DNA of 64,000 nucleotides, from the NCBI GenBank assembly GCA_021613535.1, contig CP075495.1, positions 9,486,001 through 9,550,000 on the forward strand. Direction: 5' to 3'. The notes beneath the pieces were generated by a model, which searched no databases, had not been told where the DNA came from, and saw nothing but the letters and a program-made list of their open reading frames with translations. Shown here piece after piece: positions 12,901 to 25,868 of the stretch. Position 1 is the first letter of the stretch. Each line of letters begins with the position of its first letter. Both the position numbers and the translations under genes were made by a program. Origin of the DNA: Adineta vaga (taxonomy: Eukaryota > Animalia > Rotifera).

Positions 12901-15900
12901 CGATCTTACATCATCCTCATGTGATTACTTTCTTTTTATAGGGTGGAGAAAGGATTACCTATTTAAGATTTACACATATGATATCACAAAAATGAATGAA
13001 CGAAACATGAGTTCGACAAGTAATCAAGAAGAAAACTGATAAAATGAAATAAAAAACGAGAACAATTTTGACTATAAAAATCTTCTTTCTGATCAATTAT
13101 TTTAGTAGACGATAGACATCGATTGTATAAATAAAGAAAAAAACGAAAAAGCAACCTATCATTATCATTATCATGTCTAAAATGATCACCTTCGTTATAT
13201 ACGTCTATCCGTCATCGCCTCATCTATCATCTTGCTTTCTTTATACATTTGATTGGAGACGTGATTAGAGAGATAGAATAAAGCAAGAAAGAAAAATCAA
13301 GTCAATTCATTTGAATGATATGATCTTTTACGAAAACATCTGGCTAATCAACTACCGATTGTCTTGTCCTACAAATCAATGCGAGATTTAAGTTTCTCTT
13401 TCTATCTTTTCTTCTTCGAATCAAATATCATTTTATTATTGAATAAGGAATGTTCGATACACGTATGACTATTACTGAATGCGTCATATACTATGTGTAA
13501 AGATAAAAACGTAGAAGAAAAAAGAAAATGATATACTCTCACGACTGTTTTACATTACTCGTTTTTATTCTTTTTTTGTCAAATCATTGTTTGATGAAGA
13601 GAAAGATAATAAATGGGAGTAGAATGAAATTTTTCGTTTACGAATAACTATATACTGGCAAAAAAGTATGTTTCGCATTTCTGAATGGAATTCAATCTGT
13701 CGTATCTTACTCGTATACATATTTGCATATGAGGTTTTTACATTCATCAGTTTTTTTTACAATATTCTGTTGCTAAAAGAACGTACCTTTTTCATATTAT
13801 TTTCGTTTGTAAGAAAGAAAAAGAAGAAGAAGAATAACGTTATCAACACTCGATGTACTTGTATTGGACTTTATCCTTACCTGTATATTCACATCAAATT
13901 TCTTTCATCATATTTTGGTCTAGATAAAAATAACTATAGTAGTCAACATTACTATGAATAAAATATTATGAAAAAATTTATTCTTCTTCTATTGTAAATC
14001 ACATTTGGAACATGTATATCGTATGTCATTGAATAATTCATAGTAAACTTCACACGAATACGTAGAATACTATAGAAAGAAATCATTCATAAAAAAATTA
14101 ACCATTCTTTTTTTACCTTTATGACATAATTATTATTGATCATATTTGTAACATCAGATTCACTTAAGAATTTTCAGTTTTAGTTACATATTTTTTGTAT
14201 AGCATACTAATTTTATATCGAAGACACATACAGAAGAGTCATTTGAATTGTTTTCATGTTCAAGATTGATTGCTTCAAATTCTGTCAATAATATACCGAA
14301 TGAAAGATTAATAGAATAAAAATGTTTGTGTTACCTTCGATGATAGATGTTTCTATATTTGTGATATAGGATCTCGAGAGACTTATGTTTCAATTCTATT
14401 AATCATATGTGATCTAGATATTGAAACAATACTTGTCATCATATTTTGAAGATATTTACATACACCGGTTTATTTATTTCTCTGAAATGAAATTATATTA
14501 ATTATGTTTAGTAATATAACATTTTAATTCTTACTCATATTCGTTTTTGTAAATCCAAATTCGACGCAACTACCAAGTACTTCGTTTAAAAGGAATAAAT
14601 ACCGACGAATAACATGTATGCATCTTTTCTTAATCGAGTTTATTGTAAATTATTTTGGAATTAATTGAATTTAAATTGAACATACAAATGAATAATTCGA
14701 CTTTATTTTCAAAAAACTCTAATTCGCAATTATATATAGCAAAGATGTGATTGTAATAATTATTTATTATCATATGATAGATACTATGTGACATAAAATA
14801 ATCGGCATATGATTCAAATATATCACAAACGAAAAAACAAAGTACTAGAAGAATGATTTTACCACACGTGATTAAAAATTTTAATCATCATCATCATCAT
14901 CATCACTCACCGATGTGATGATAAAAAAAACAATGATAATAAAAATAAATACAAAATCGATGTCACTATGTTAGATTATAGTGGGCGCTAGTATATTGAT
15001 ATTATATTTTTTTAATATTGTTCAAATTAAAATCTTTAAAAATTGATTGTGACTGAAAGTTAGTTTTATGAGATTGTATAGTTAATTATTGATAAAAATC
15101 AGAAGTTCTGTAAGAACTTAACAGATTGAACACTCATTAGTTATTCATTACGATTTATCTTTGTCTGAATGAACTCCGCATTCTATATCTATTTTAAGAA
15201 ATTAGTTAAGGTACATTTATTCTATTTTGTTGAGAGGCATTTGAAATAAAATGATACTTGAAAGAATGAGTAATTATTCAAGTCTATTTCCATCCCAATG
15301 AACAATGTGTGATATCATCAATTCAGCATTCATATAGGTGAATAAAAATAGTAGTTGTTTTCACCAAATTCCAGAATATAAAAATACTATTATATTACCA
15401 TAAATTATATATATATATATACGTCGGAACTAAAGTACAGTGCTGATCTGATCATGACCGTAGATATGAGTATCATTAGATACGTTGAAATAGTGATAGA
15501 TATCAAGTATGTGATGATCTTTAGGGATAGAATCAATTGAGAATATTTGATAAATAATCTGTGTACAACATCTAACCAAATATACTTACTAGAATTATAT
15601 ATTCTATCGACGATGAATTTGCTTAGAAGTCGCATTGATAATTATACTATATGTTATCCTTTATGTCGTTTCATTTCAACCAACTTCGATAAGAAAAAGT
15701 TATCCTTTCAGTTTTAGTTTACACTTTTTTTTTTCTAAAATTATTTCATTAGCAGATATTAATTGTACATTACAGGAAACACGAGATGAGAAAATTAGTT
15801 TTACCCAGTTTGTCTGACACACATAAATCTATGTCATTATCTCCATGAACAGATGGTTTTTGTCATTTGATTACGTAAAACTCAACTATAGCATATGCCA

Positions 15901-17118
15901 ATTACAAAAAAGAGACTAATATTTCCAATGCAGTTATCTATTCTCAATGTCATTCTTAAGTTTACATATAACTGATATTACATATTTTCTCATGGCATAA
16001 AAAATCTTTTTCTCTTCGAAGCTTCAGTATTTCATGAACTCATCATTTATAATTTTACTTAAAATCTTTAGAAATTTCCAATGAATATTTAAAACATCGT
16101 ACAATATCAACTATCATTGTCTATATTTCACTAGAATAACAGTTGATTTACGATCATTTAGATTATATATATGCATGTTCTATGATACGTGGAATTATCT
16201 TATTTGAATCGTAAATCATTGTACAAAATCATAAAAAAGAAACGTCAATATATTTAATTTATTGAGAATATATTCTTATGATTTCATATTCTAACAATCA
16301 AACATATATGATCATCTTGCTATATCTACTCTTTCAGGTACATAACAGCATGCAAAACTGTCATGTACTCATAAATTGAAATAAGGTAATCAACTACTTC
16401 AATAAAACAAACTATCAAAACCAAAAAGTAATGAGTATGAAGCATATTTAATGAAGTATTAGAATTATTCTAGAATTTTGAATAATCAGAACTCTCAATG
16501 CTTGTCATATATACAGACATAGATTTATACGTTACTAAAAATAAATCGAAAACTAATGTCAATATTATTTTACATTCATAAAGCTTCTTACTGAATCATA
16601 TCATTTCAAAAGTTATTGACTAGAATTTCAATAAATTATCGTAGGTTTGTCATCATAGATATAGAAACTTTAATGTGTAATTTTCCTTCACATAGTGTAG
16701 TATATATTATAAAAAAAGGGAAGAGAAAAAAAGACAGGGACAAAAGTAAGTAGAAGAGTAAGGATGTTGATGATGATGATGATGATAGTGATAAACACAA
16801 CAGTGAATAAGACGACGATACCATGACGAACAAAAGAAGAAATAAAGAAAGAAGAGTATGACGCTGTGAGAGAAAAGCGCGCGAAAAAGAACGTAGTATA
16901 ACAGCACTCACACACACACATACATCTACACATGACAACGACAAGACACAAGTTATAAGAAGAAAAAAAAGAAGAAAAACGTTGTTGCCTGCCAGACGTC
17001 ATTCTTATTCTTCTAAAACTGCAATTTGTTGGACGATTGCAGGATCTTTGCTGTTTTATGTTCTTATTATATACATTAATAATAATAATAATAAAAAATA
17101 AACATGAAATTTATGCGA

Positions 17119-18685
17119 CTATCTTGAAGGATTCGTATTGTACGATGAAACAGGCGCATATTGTTGCTGTTGTACACTTGATTGTTGTTGAAGTAATTTC
17201 GACGTAATTAAATCTTGTTGTTGCTGTTGTTTCGATGCCGGATTTACTATAAAATGAAAATTGAATAGATCAAATCACTTCTCTCTAGATCATCTTTCTC
17301 TACTAACCATCTAATTTGTCATAATCAATTCGCATACTTTTATGTGTTTTACGCCAAAGTTGTACATCAAATACACAATAAACTCCTGTTTCATATGCCT
17401 CATATTTTTGATCAGGCATGATATTTTTTATTCGTGTTAACCATATACGTTCTTCTTTATGATAACGCCAGTCTCGTCGATACAATTCAGCAGCAGCTAA
17501 TAATTGCACATGATCATTACCAAATAAATAAAATAAAAAAAATAATGTATCTTCATTTAATGTATTAAAATTAAGTGGAGGCAATTTTTCACGTATTTGC
17601 ATGCCCATTTGATATTCGAATGGAACTTGATAATCAATTTCATATGGACGAGCTTGGCTATCAGAAAATGGAGAAAGAAATGATGGATATAGATCATTTT
17701 GACTTTCCATACCTAGAAAATAGAGAAAAAGTACAATTAATAAAAAAAATGAATAAATAGACATACTCAATCCAAGTGTAGTCAGATCACAATTCAATAA
17801 TGTCGATGTATCAGGATTTTTTTCTGTCTGTTGAATAATTTGTAGTAAACCAACAAGGCCATATTGATCTGTAATTGTTGATGATGGTAAACCGTTTAGA
17901 TTTGTTGTTGATGAGGATGTATTTGATACTTGTTGTGGATTAGATATTGCTGTTGTCGATGATGTTTTATTATTACCTGATGATTGATGTCGACTTATCA
18001 ATGTACTTAGAGCATCAATTGATGTTTTAAATGAAATAGGTGATTGTGATTGTGAATGTTGTTGTTGTTGTTGTTGTTGAGATGAACTAAATCCATTCGT
18101 CATTTGTTGATGATGATTTGATGTTAATATTGATGATGATGAAGAATATTGACTTTGATAGAGTGGTTGAACATTCGTAGATGATGAGGATGATAATGAT
18201 GGTTCATGAGAATTACTTCGATGTGGTAATGGAGGAAAATCTTCTTGTTGTAATTCGAACTAGAATTATTGAATTGATATTTTGAAAAACAAAATCAAAA
18301 TTTCTTTCATTACATTTTTTTCCATCTGTGTATGCGATGATAATGCCGATGCCATCGTTAGTCCAAGAATACTATCAAAATGGGATGATGACGATGATGA
18401 ACTTAATGAATTTGTTTGTTGATTATTCAAAAGTTGTTGTTGCTGTTGTTGTTTCATTAATAATTGCTGTGCTAATGAAGACGATGAAGACGGCGATGAT
18501 GATGTTGGTTGTCCAATCGTCGTCCATTGTTTTCCACCACCAACTGAACCGAATAGAGATGACGAATTAGAACCGATTGCTGACGGTACTGTTGATACTC
18601 CACCATTACTATTAACATGTAAATACGATGACGGTGTCGTCGATGACGATGAATTGGCAGCAGATGCCAAATGAAGGTAAGACAT
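17119..18685 (-). CDS. CNOT2: CCR4-NOT complex subunit 2 (NOT2/3/5 domain), 4 exons
   Basis: QQEDFPPLP motif; DQYGLVGLL...DLTTLGL; EDTLFFLFY...QLLAAAELYRRDWRYHKEERIWLTR; the last exon (about 17246-17119) ends NTNPSR*. Confidence 0.92.
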
Positions 18686-19600
18686 ATTGTTTGGAAAAAT
18701 GAAAAATTTCAATGAATCTTTGATTTTTACAAAAGATAGAAGTCTCTAAAATTTAAAAAAAACTAGCAAAATAAATATTTATCAATCGGCAACCGCAAGT
18801 AAACAAATTCAATACAGCTGCGTAGGCGTTTAAAGAGATAAATGGACAGATAAATATGAAGAAATGAACGATAAAATGAAGATAGTTTTTAACAAACAAA
18901 ACCATTTCCAATTTATTTTAGAGTCGATCGAAATAATAATGATAATCTTGGAATATAATCATTATCATAAGTGAGAAAAAGAGTCGAGCTTAGGATGGAT
19001 GAATTGACACTCGAAGAAATGGATCGCGACAATCAATTGGATTTACTTCGAAAAATATTTGTAAGAAAAATGACAAACATATATCACGGAAATTTTCTTT
19101 AAATTTCGAAAAAAACTTCAAGAAATTACTTGAATTATATTTTCAATATACATGACATGTGGCGACAAGTACATTCTGATTTGTTCAATTACTGAAACCA
19201 TTAGAAAACGGTTTTGTTTGTTTATTTTACGATTGACTTCAACTTCAATTCAAAGGAAGAAAGAAAAAAAATGTTAAATATTAATTTTATTTATTCATTT
19301 CTTCAGGATATATCTGTTTACTAAACTATCATTTACAATTAGGATATGTCTCATGAAAAATTCTATATAGATAAAACTTCGAGTATATGTTTTGAGAGAG
19401 AAGTCCTAAGTACATCTGACTTGACTTTAAAAGAAACATATTTCGTTGTATCATGTTATTACAGTTAACCTTCATCTGCATGGTCATATGATGACAAAAT
19501 GATGAAGCACATTCGTTTCTTCTTGATATTTTCCAGTTAAAATTCTCATATTCTCATTAGTAATTCCTAACGTTTTCTTTTTTCTTTCAGAATTAATCTA

Positions 19601-20839
19601 ATGAAAATGTATTTAACTTATTTATTCAGAGTTTTTTACGTCATTATTTTTATTAATCTAACTAAACAAGATGAATCTGTGATATCTTTCAAACCATCCT
19701 CACTTAGTCTCGTCACTGATGAACATATATCTGTTGTTGTTCGTCTTCTCAAATCAGATGTTACCTTTCCAGTTACGATGACATTTCTTTATAATGACAA
19801 ACCCAATGATACACAAGGTTATATCGATATAATTCCAGATATTGTATTTCATAATCATACAATAAGTGATCAAAGTCAAGAAATTGTTGTTATAGGTCGT
19901 CATGAAGGTCATCTTGTTGTTACAGCACAATCGTCACAAGTGAATATATCTACGTCCGTCGATTTTCTTCTTATTGATATTGCACGTAGCCATACAACGA
20001 ATATTTTTATTCAAATTGTTGGTTGGATATATTTTATCGCTTGGTCAATATCATTTTATCCTCAAATTATATTAAATTTTCAACGGCGAAGTGTTATTGG
20101 ACTTAATTTTGATTTTTTAGCATTGAATATTCTTGGACATTCATGTTATTCGGTATTCAATGTTTATATGTATACATCAACAAACGTTCAACAACAATAT
20201 TTTGCTAATCATCCTCATGGTGTTTTACCTGTATTACTAAATGATGTAAGTATTAAATCTTTCTGCATACGGAGAAGATAAACTTATTCATTCTAGGTAA
20301 TATTCAGTTGCCATGCTGTTTTTGCATGTATAGTAACTGTTATTCAATGTTTATTATTTGAACGTGGTACACAACGTGTTTCATATGTTGCTCGTTTAAT
20401 TGGTGGAGTATGTATTGTATTTTTATTTGTATCATCCATTGTCTCGACATCGAAACATTTATCAACATTGAATTTATTATATTTTTTTTCCTATGTTAAA
20501 TTATTTATTACAATAATTAAATATTGTCCACAAGCATGGATGAATTTTAAACGAAAATCAACTGAAGGATGGTCAATTGGAAATATTCTTTTAGATTTTA
20601 CAGGTGGTTTATTTAGTTTAATACAAATGTTTTTACTTGCAAGTAATTACAATGATTGGTCATCAATATTTGGTTCACCAACGAAACTTGGTCTCGGATT
20701 GTTTTCGATTCTATTTGATATCTTATTTATTGTACAACATTATCTTCTTTATCCTACGCATTCCGATGCTAATAGATCAATCAATATTCCGAATGAAGAA
20801 ATTGATGAACATTCACCGATTTTATCACCGAAATCTTAA
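19601..20839 (+). CDS. CTNS: Cystinosin, lysosomal cystine/H+ transporter (PQ-loop), 2 exons, intron about 20246-20297
   Basis: Signal peptide and lumenal domain; GWIYFIAWSISFYPQIILNFQRRSVIGLNFDF; KYCPQAWMNFKRKSTEGWSIGNILLDFTGG; KLGLGLFSILFDILFIVQHY. Confidence 0.95.
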
Positions 20840-21456
20840 GTAAAAATATCACAATCATGTTTCTTTATCTTATATTTTTGTCGCAATGGTCGTTTGTTTG
20901 TTTTTTTTAAATTTTATATATGAGTATGTGTTTTCATTTCTATCTTAATCGATTATCATGAAGAAACAAACCAAATAATACTTTTCTGGTTTTGATTTTA
21001 CGATATAAATTTTAGACATTAATCAGTCGTTTTCTTACATACCCTTCTATATAATTTAAAGGTCAGTTGGCAATAAAATTATCAATCGAACATGAGCAGA
21101 AGAAAACGATTTCTTTTGTTCTATCTGACATCTATCTTCAGCATAATTGTATGAAGTAGTTTATGAGTTTTTTTTTATTTCGAAATAGTCATTCGATATT
21201 TTACTATCAATTTTATAATCTATTTATTAAAAATAACGTTTTTTCGAAAGAAGAACAGACATTGACATAGTTCTGGTGTCTTATTTATATTCATATCAGA
21301 TTTTGTCAAGTCTTTGCTACGGTAATAATCTTCGAATGTAGTTAATGTATGTATGTTGTGTTTTTTTTCTTACTTTCAAATGATATTCCATCCATATCCA
21401 TAAAACTTCACTATTCTTGATATTAATTCGTTAGATTTATTCTAGTGTTTTTTAGA

Positions 21457-22058
21457 ATGAGTATTTCAGAATCATTCGTACGCATTGAATCTTGGTTATC
21501 TAACAATGCACCTACGCTCTTGCGTCAATTGAATAAACCTGGTTCATCTATACCTGAACTCGATAAAGCCGAATCGATTCTTGGAGCAAAATTTCCTCCA
21601 TCGGTCCGTGAAGCTTATACACATTATGATGGCGAATCAAGCGAATCAACAGGTCTTTTTGGTTCTTGGCGTTGGTTACCTTTACGTGAAATAATTGAAT
21701 GGAATGATGAACAAAAACAAAATGTTCAAAAATATCATCTCATAGATTTTAAACCATCATTTATGATTCCATTATTAGAATTAACAACAACAAATAATGA
21801 TTTACGTTATGTAGAAACAAGTGGTGATGATGGACAAGAAGAAACACCGGTGATTGAATGGAATCATACTCGACCAGTACGAGATATTAAATATGGAAGT
21901 AAGATTTGTTTTTATAATAAAAATGAGAAGAAAAATCTTTTTGTTTCCTAGGTTTTGCTAATTATTTATCAACATTTGCTGAAAGACTTGAACTCGGAGA
22001 ATATAAATGTGATAATCATGATCCAACTAAAGCACGTGGTCTTGTACTCAAACATTAA
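21457..22058 (+). CDS. Stand-alone SMI1/KNR4 (SUKH superfamily) protein, 2 exons (21457-21898, 21952-22058)
   Basis: RIESWLSNNAPTLLRQLNKPG...ELDKAESILGAKFPPSVREAYTHYDG...GLFGSWRWLPL; spliced C-terminus SFANYLSTFAERLELGEY, typical of bacterial/fungal SMI1/KNR4 proteins. Confidence 0.82.
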
Positions 22059-22799
22059 CTTAATTAGAATTGCTCATATCTTATACAAATATATTCATTT
22101 CTATTTGTTCCTGTTGAATTTTTGAGAAAAAAAACTGACGGAACAATTTCAAATATGGGAACAGATTGCATGTATCTCGCTATGATTTTAATGAAAATCT
22201 TCTTTTTTTGTTGTTGTTCTACCACGCCTTTAAGGAATTATTTAAACAAAAATATATGATATGTTTTTCTTTTGCTCTAATGATCATCATGATCATTACT
22301 CGATTTCTTATTGTTGTTCTTGTTTGATATGAGATGACAAATTTTAGACTTCGAATGTATAAAAAGAAGACAAAGAAATGAACGAAATAGAGAAATATAA
22401 GGACATTAATCTAATCAACAAAACAAGAGAAATGAAAAGGAATTCAATGGACAGCTAGCCGCTGTTATCACACACAAAGAAAATGAAACACATTCATACA
22501 GAAAATAAAAGTATGAGACGACCTTGAATAGATTGTTCACGCCTATGTCTATCATTGCCATATGTTGCAACAACAAGTGTATGAAAAAGAAAACAAACAA
22601 ATAAACGAACGAACGAGCAAAAAGAAAAACAACTGTTCTGAATGTGCGTGTGTAATGAAACAGAGTGATAGAGGAATGTGTAGAACGTACATATCAGTAA
22701 TAAATCTAATGTACGAATGTGTATGAGAAAAAACGAGAAGCAAAGAATTTAACAATTGTACCTAATCTACTATTCATCATATAGAATGAAGAATAAACA

Positions 22800-24765
22800 T
22801 CAAGATATTGAACAAAACCGATGTTGTTCTCTAGTATTGGGATTTTTTGAATTTTGAAGTTCATCAATACTCATTGTTCGACTGCAACCACAATTTAATT
22901 TGGAACGACGAGTAGAACGTCGCTTTGGTGTTTGTTGCTGTTCGTGAAAAGTATTGTCTTGACGATTATCGTAAGGAGAAGTTTGAATTGATATTGGACG
23001 ATCAGATGCATTGATATCTTCTTGAAATTGTTGTTGTTGTTCTTCATTATTTTCTGATGTTGGTTGATGTAATTCAGTGAAATAATCAAACATTGTAAAT
23101 GTTTGAAAACGCTTCAAAGCTAACGAAGGAAATGGTAAGAAATCGAATGTCCGTGGTGGTCGTCGACGAAACCAATCATGCTGTTTGATTTGTTCGATTG
23201 TAAAACGTGTATTTTTATTGGTATGTAATAGACCATGGATTAATGATGCTAAATGTGGTTCAATATCATCAGGTATTGTATAAACACCAGTTCCAATTGT
23301 TTGAAATAATAAATAGATATTATCAGCTTCAAATGGTAACTGTCCAGTGACTAAATTATATAATGTTACACCACATGACCATATATCAATAGAAAAACCA
23401 CTATACGTATCTTCACCATTAGCTATTTCCGGACATTGAAATGCAGGAGTACCTATTTTATTGACAAAAATAAAGATTATTTCAATGTAATCGATCGTTT
23501 TTATGGGAAAAAAAATCATCGTTTTACAATTCCTTTTTTTCTTAACTTTGACAATGAACTCTTTATTTAGTACGAAATCAGATTTCAATTAAATAAGAAA
23601 TTCGTCGATCAATCTCTCTTGCACATGAAGATCTGATAATTTAATTCTGATGACATTGATCATAAGAAAATTTTCTGCTAGTTAATTTACTTATTTCCTT
23701 GAAAAATATACAAACCTTGACTCCGTTTGATTGTATCATCGGGACTAAACCTAGAACAAAAAAAAAAGAAAAGAAATGGAACATTTATTTTCACGAACAA
23801 GTTTCTTCTTCTTCTTCTTCTAAACATTACATACATGTCAAGTTGTTCTGCAGTACCAAAATCTGTTATTTTCAATTGATGATCAACCGTAATCAATAAA
23901 TTACCCGGTCTAGTAAATAGAAATGATATATTTTTTGTTTTTCTTGTTCATTTCATCGTGTTTTCGTTACTTACTTAATATCATTATGAATTATAAATTT
24001 TGAATGTAAATATTCTAATCCACTAATTAATTGAACAAAATATCCATGTGCTTGCCATGTGGGAAATACTTTTTGTTTTTGCTTTTGTTGTTGATCATCC
24101 GTATCGAGCATCTCTTGCAATGATACAACACATAAATCAATAAATAAATATAATTTTTGTTTTTCATCATTGCGAATAAAATCGTATAATTTAACTATAT
24201 TTGGATGATTTAATTTTTTCAAGATACGAATTTCTGTCGCGGCCATTTTCTCTCCATGTGGCGTTTTCCGTAAACGACGACGTTGCATAATTTTGACTGC
24301 TCGTCGACATAAATTTCGACGATCTAGACATTCTTTTACTTTAGCATATGAACCTTGACCAATCATATCACCGAATAGATATGGGCCGATGAATTTGGCT
24401 CGTTTACGTTTTAAATATAAATTAATTTCATCTTCAGATGAAATACGTTGAATAGGTACAGGTATAGGTGGTGTTAAGTTAAGTAATAATGTTGATGTTT
24501 GTTCACCATCGTCTTCATCATCACCGATTAATAAATCAAATTGAGCTGGTGGTCGTGATGATGTTGTAACAGGTGGAGAAAAATGTTGATGACCATTGTT
24601 ATAATTATATAGAATTGATGGTTGTTGTGGCGGCACTAAAGGATATGTTGTATGATTGATTTCATCGTCTTCGACATCTTCATTAATATCGTCGGAAAAG
24701 TCGATAATTACGTTTGTTGATTCTGATGGATGTGTATAAGTGGTTAGTGAGACTTTTTCAGCCAT
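22800..24765 (-). CDS. STK11: Serine/threonine kinase STK11/LKB1 (Par-4), 4 exons
   Basis: IGQGSYAKVKECLD...LCRRAVKI; WQAHGYFVQLISGLEYLHS..IIHNDIKPGNLL; SQGTPAFQCPEIANG; C-terminal CaaX CSIS*. Confidence 0.93.
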
Positions 24766-25272
24766 TACCAAGCATCATTCACGTCTAGAAGACATATTTC
24801 TTAGATAATATTTGAATAGACAAGGAAAAAAAACAATAGATTTTTTTATTTATTTATTAGTAAATCCTTGTAAAATTTAAAATTAAATTCAATAGACTAT
24901 TCTTTCTGTATTCGAATAACAACAAAAGAAAATTTCTATGTTTTATTTCAAAAAAACGAAATGTTCTTTTTTATTGGGACAATCTATTTGTGGTGATGGT
25001 TGAGTGCAGTAACGAATTAAAAAATATCTTATATCCTTTATTCCTATATCGATAGATGGCAATGGTTATATGTCTGGATTTTAATCATCATGTATGAATG
25101 TTTCCCTATAAGAATAAGATTAATCGAAGTACAAATTAGAACTCTGTTCTTTATTTTTTTCTTAATGAATATTATTATCGAATAGTTATAGTCGTATCTT
25201 GATAAATCCAAAAGTCTTTATCTTTTGTTTCTTTTCATTGTCAATTCGTTTACATATGATTATTATACCACA

Positions 25273-25322
25273 ATTGTAAGTCCATCATCATCATCATCAT
25301 CACATTATCGTCATCAACACTA

Positions 25323-25359
<37 letters not shown>

Positions 25360-25378
25360 CATTATCATCATCATGATC
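25273..25378. repeat. Compound (CAT)n/(TAT)n microsatellite
   Basis: catcatcatcatc and tattattattattattattattattat runs are directly visible. Confidence 0.8.
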
Positions 25379-25868
25379 GTCACATCATTCGTGTCGCTGA
25401 TTCTCATTATGTTTTGCACATTCATTTTTCATAGATCGACTGATGTTTTATACCTATCAAATCGTAAAAAACATAGGTATACTCATAAACAGGTAGTGGT
25501 TGATATTTCTATGTTTGTGTATTTTGTTCTCCTTGAATAATCACAGAGGATATTGACATACGGTTTTTCGCCTAACTTTCTCTCTCTATTTCTATATGCA
25601 TATATATATTAATGGCCTTCAACATCGTTTTCTCTTCTCTTTATATTTTTCGCTTATCATTTCCACCGTGCGTCACTAATAGCTTGTATTGTAGAGTAGC
25701 TAACTATTAACCACAAATATCGTACAGGTAAGAGTCACACTTCGATCCTGATTCGTTTTTCTCTCTTTTTATACAAAACCACTTTTTTTCTCTTATTTTA
25801 TATTGACTATTTATTAGAATCAAAGGTTACTTCTTTGTAGAAAGATATAAACTACATCTGCTGAAAAG

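Noticed and set aside
15290-15640. Short hydrophobic ORF pieces with splice-like sites, possibly a decayed gene
   Set aside because: I could not assemble a consistent frame or recognise a family.
16636-17002. Three stacked minus-strand ORFs
   Set aside because: These arise from (CAT)n/(GT)n repeats in the likely CNOT2 3'UTR.
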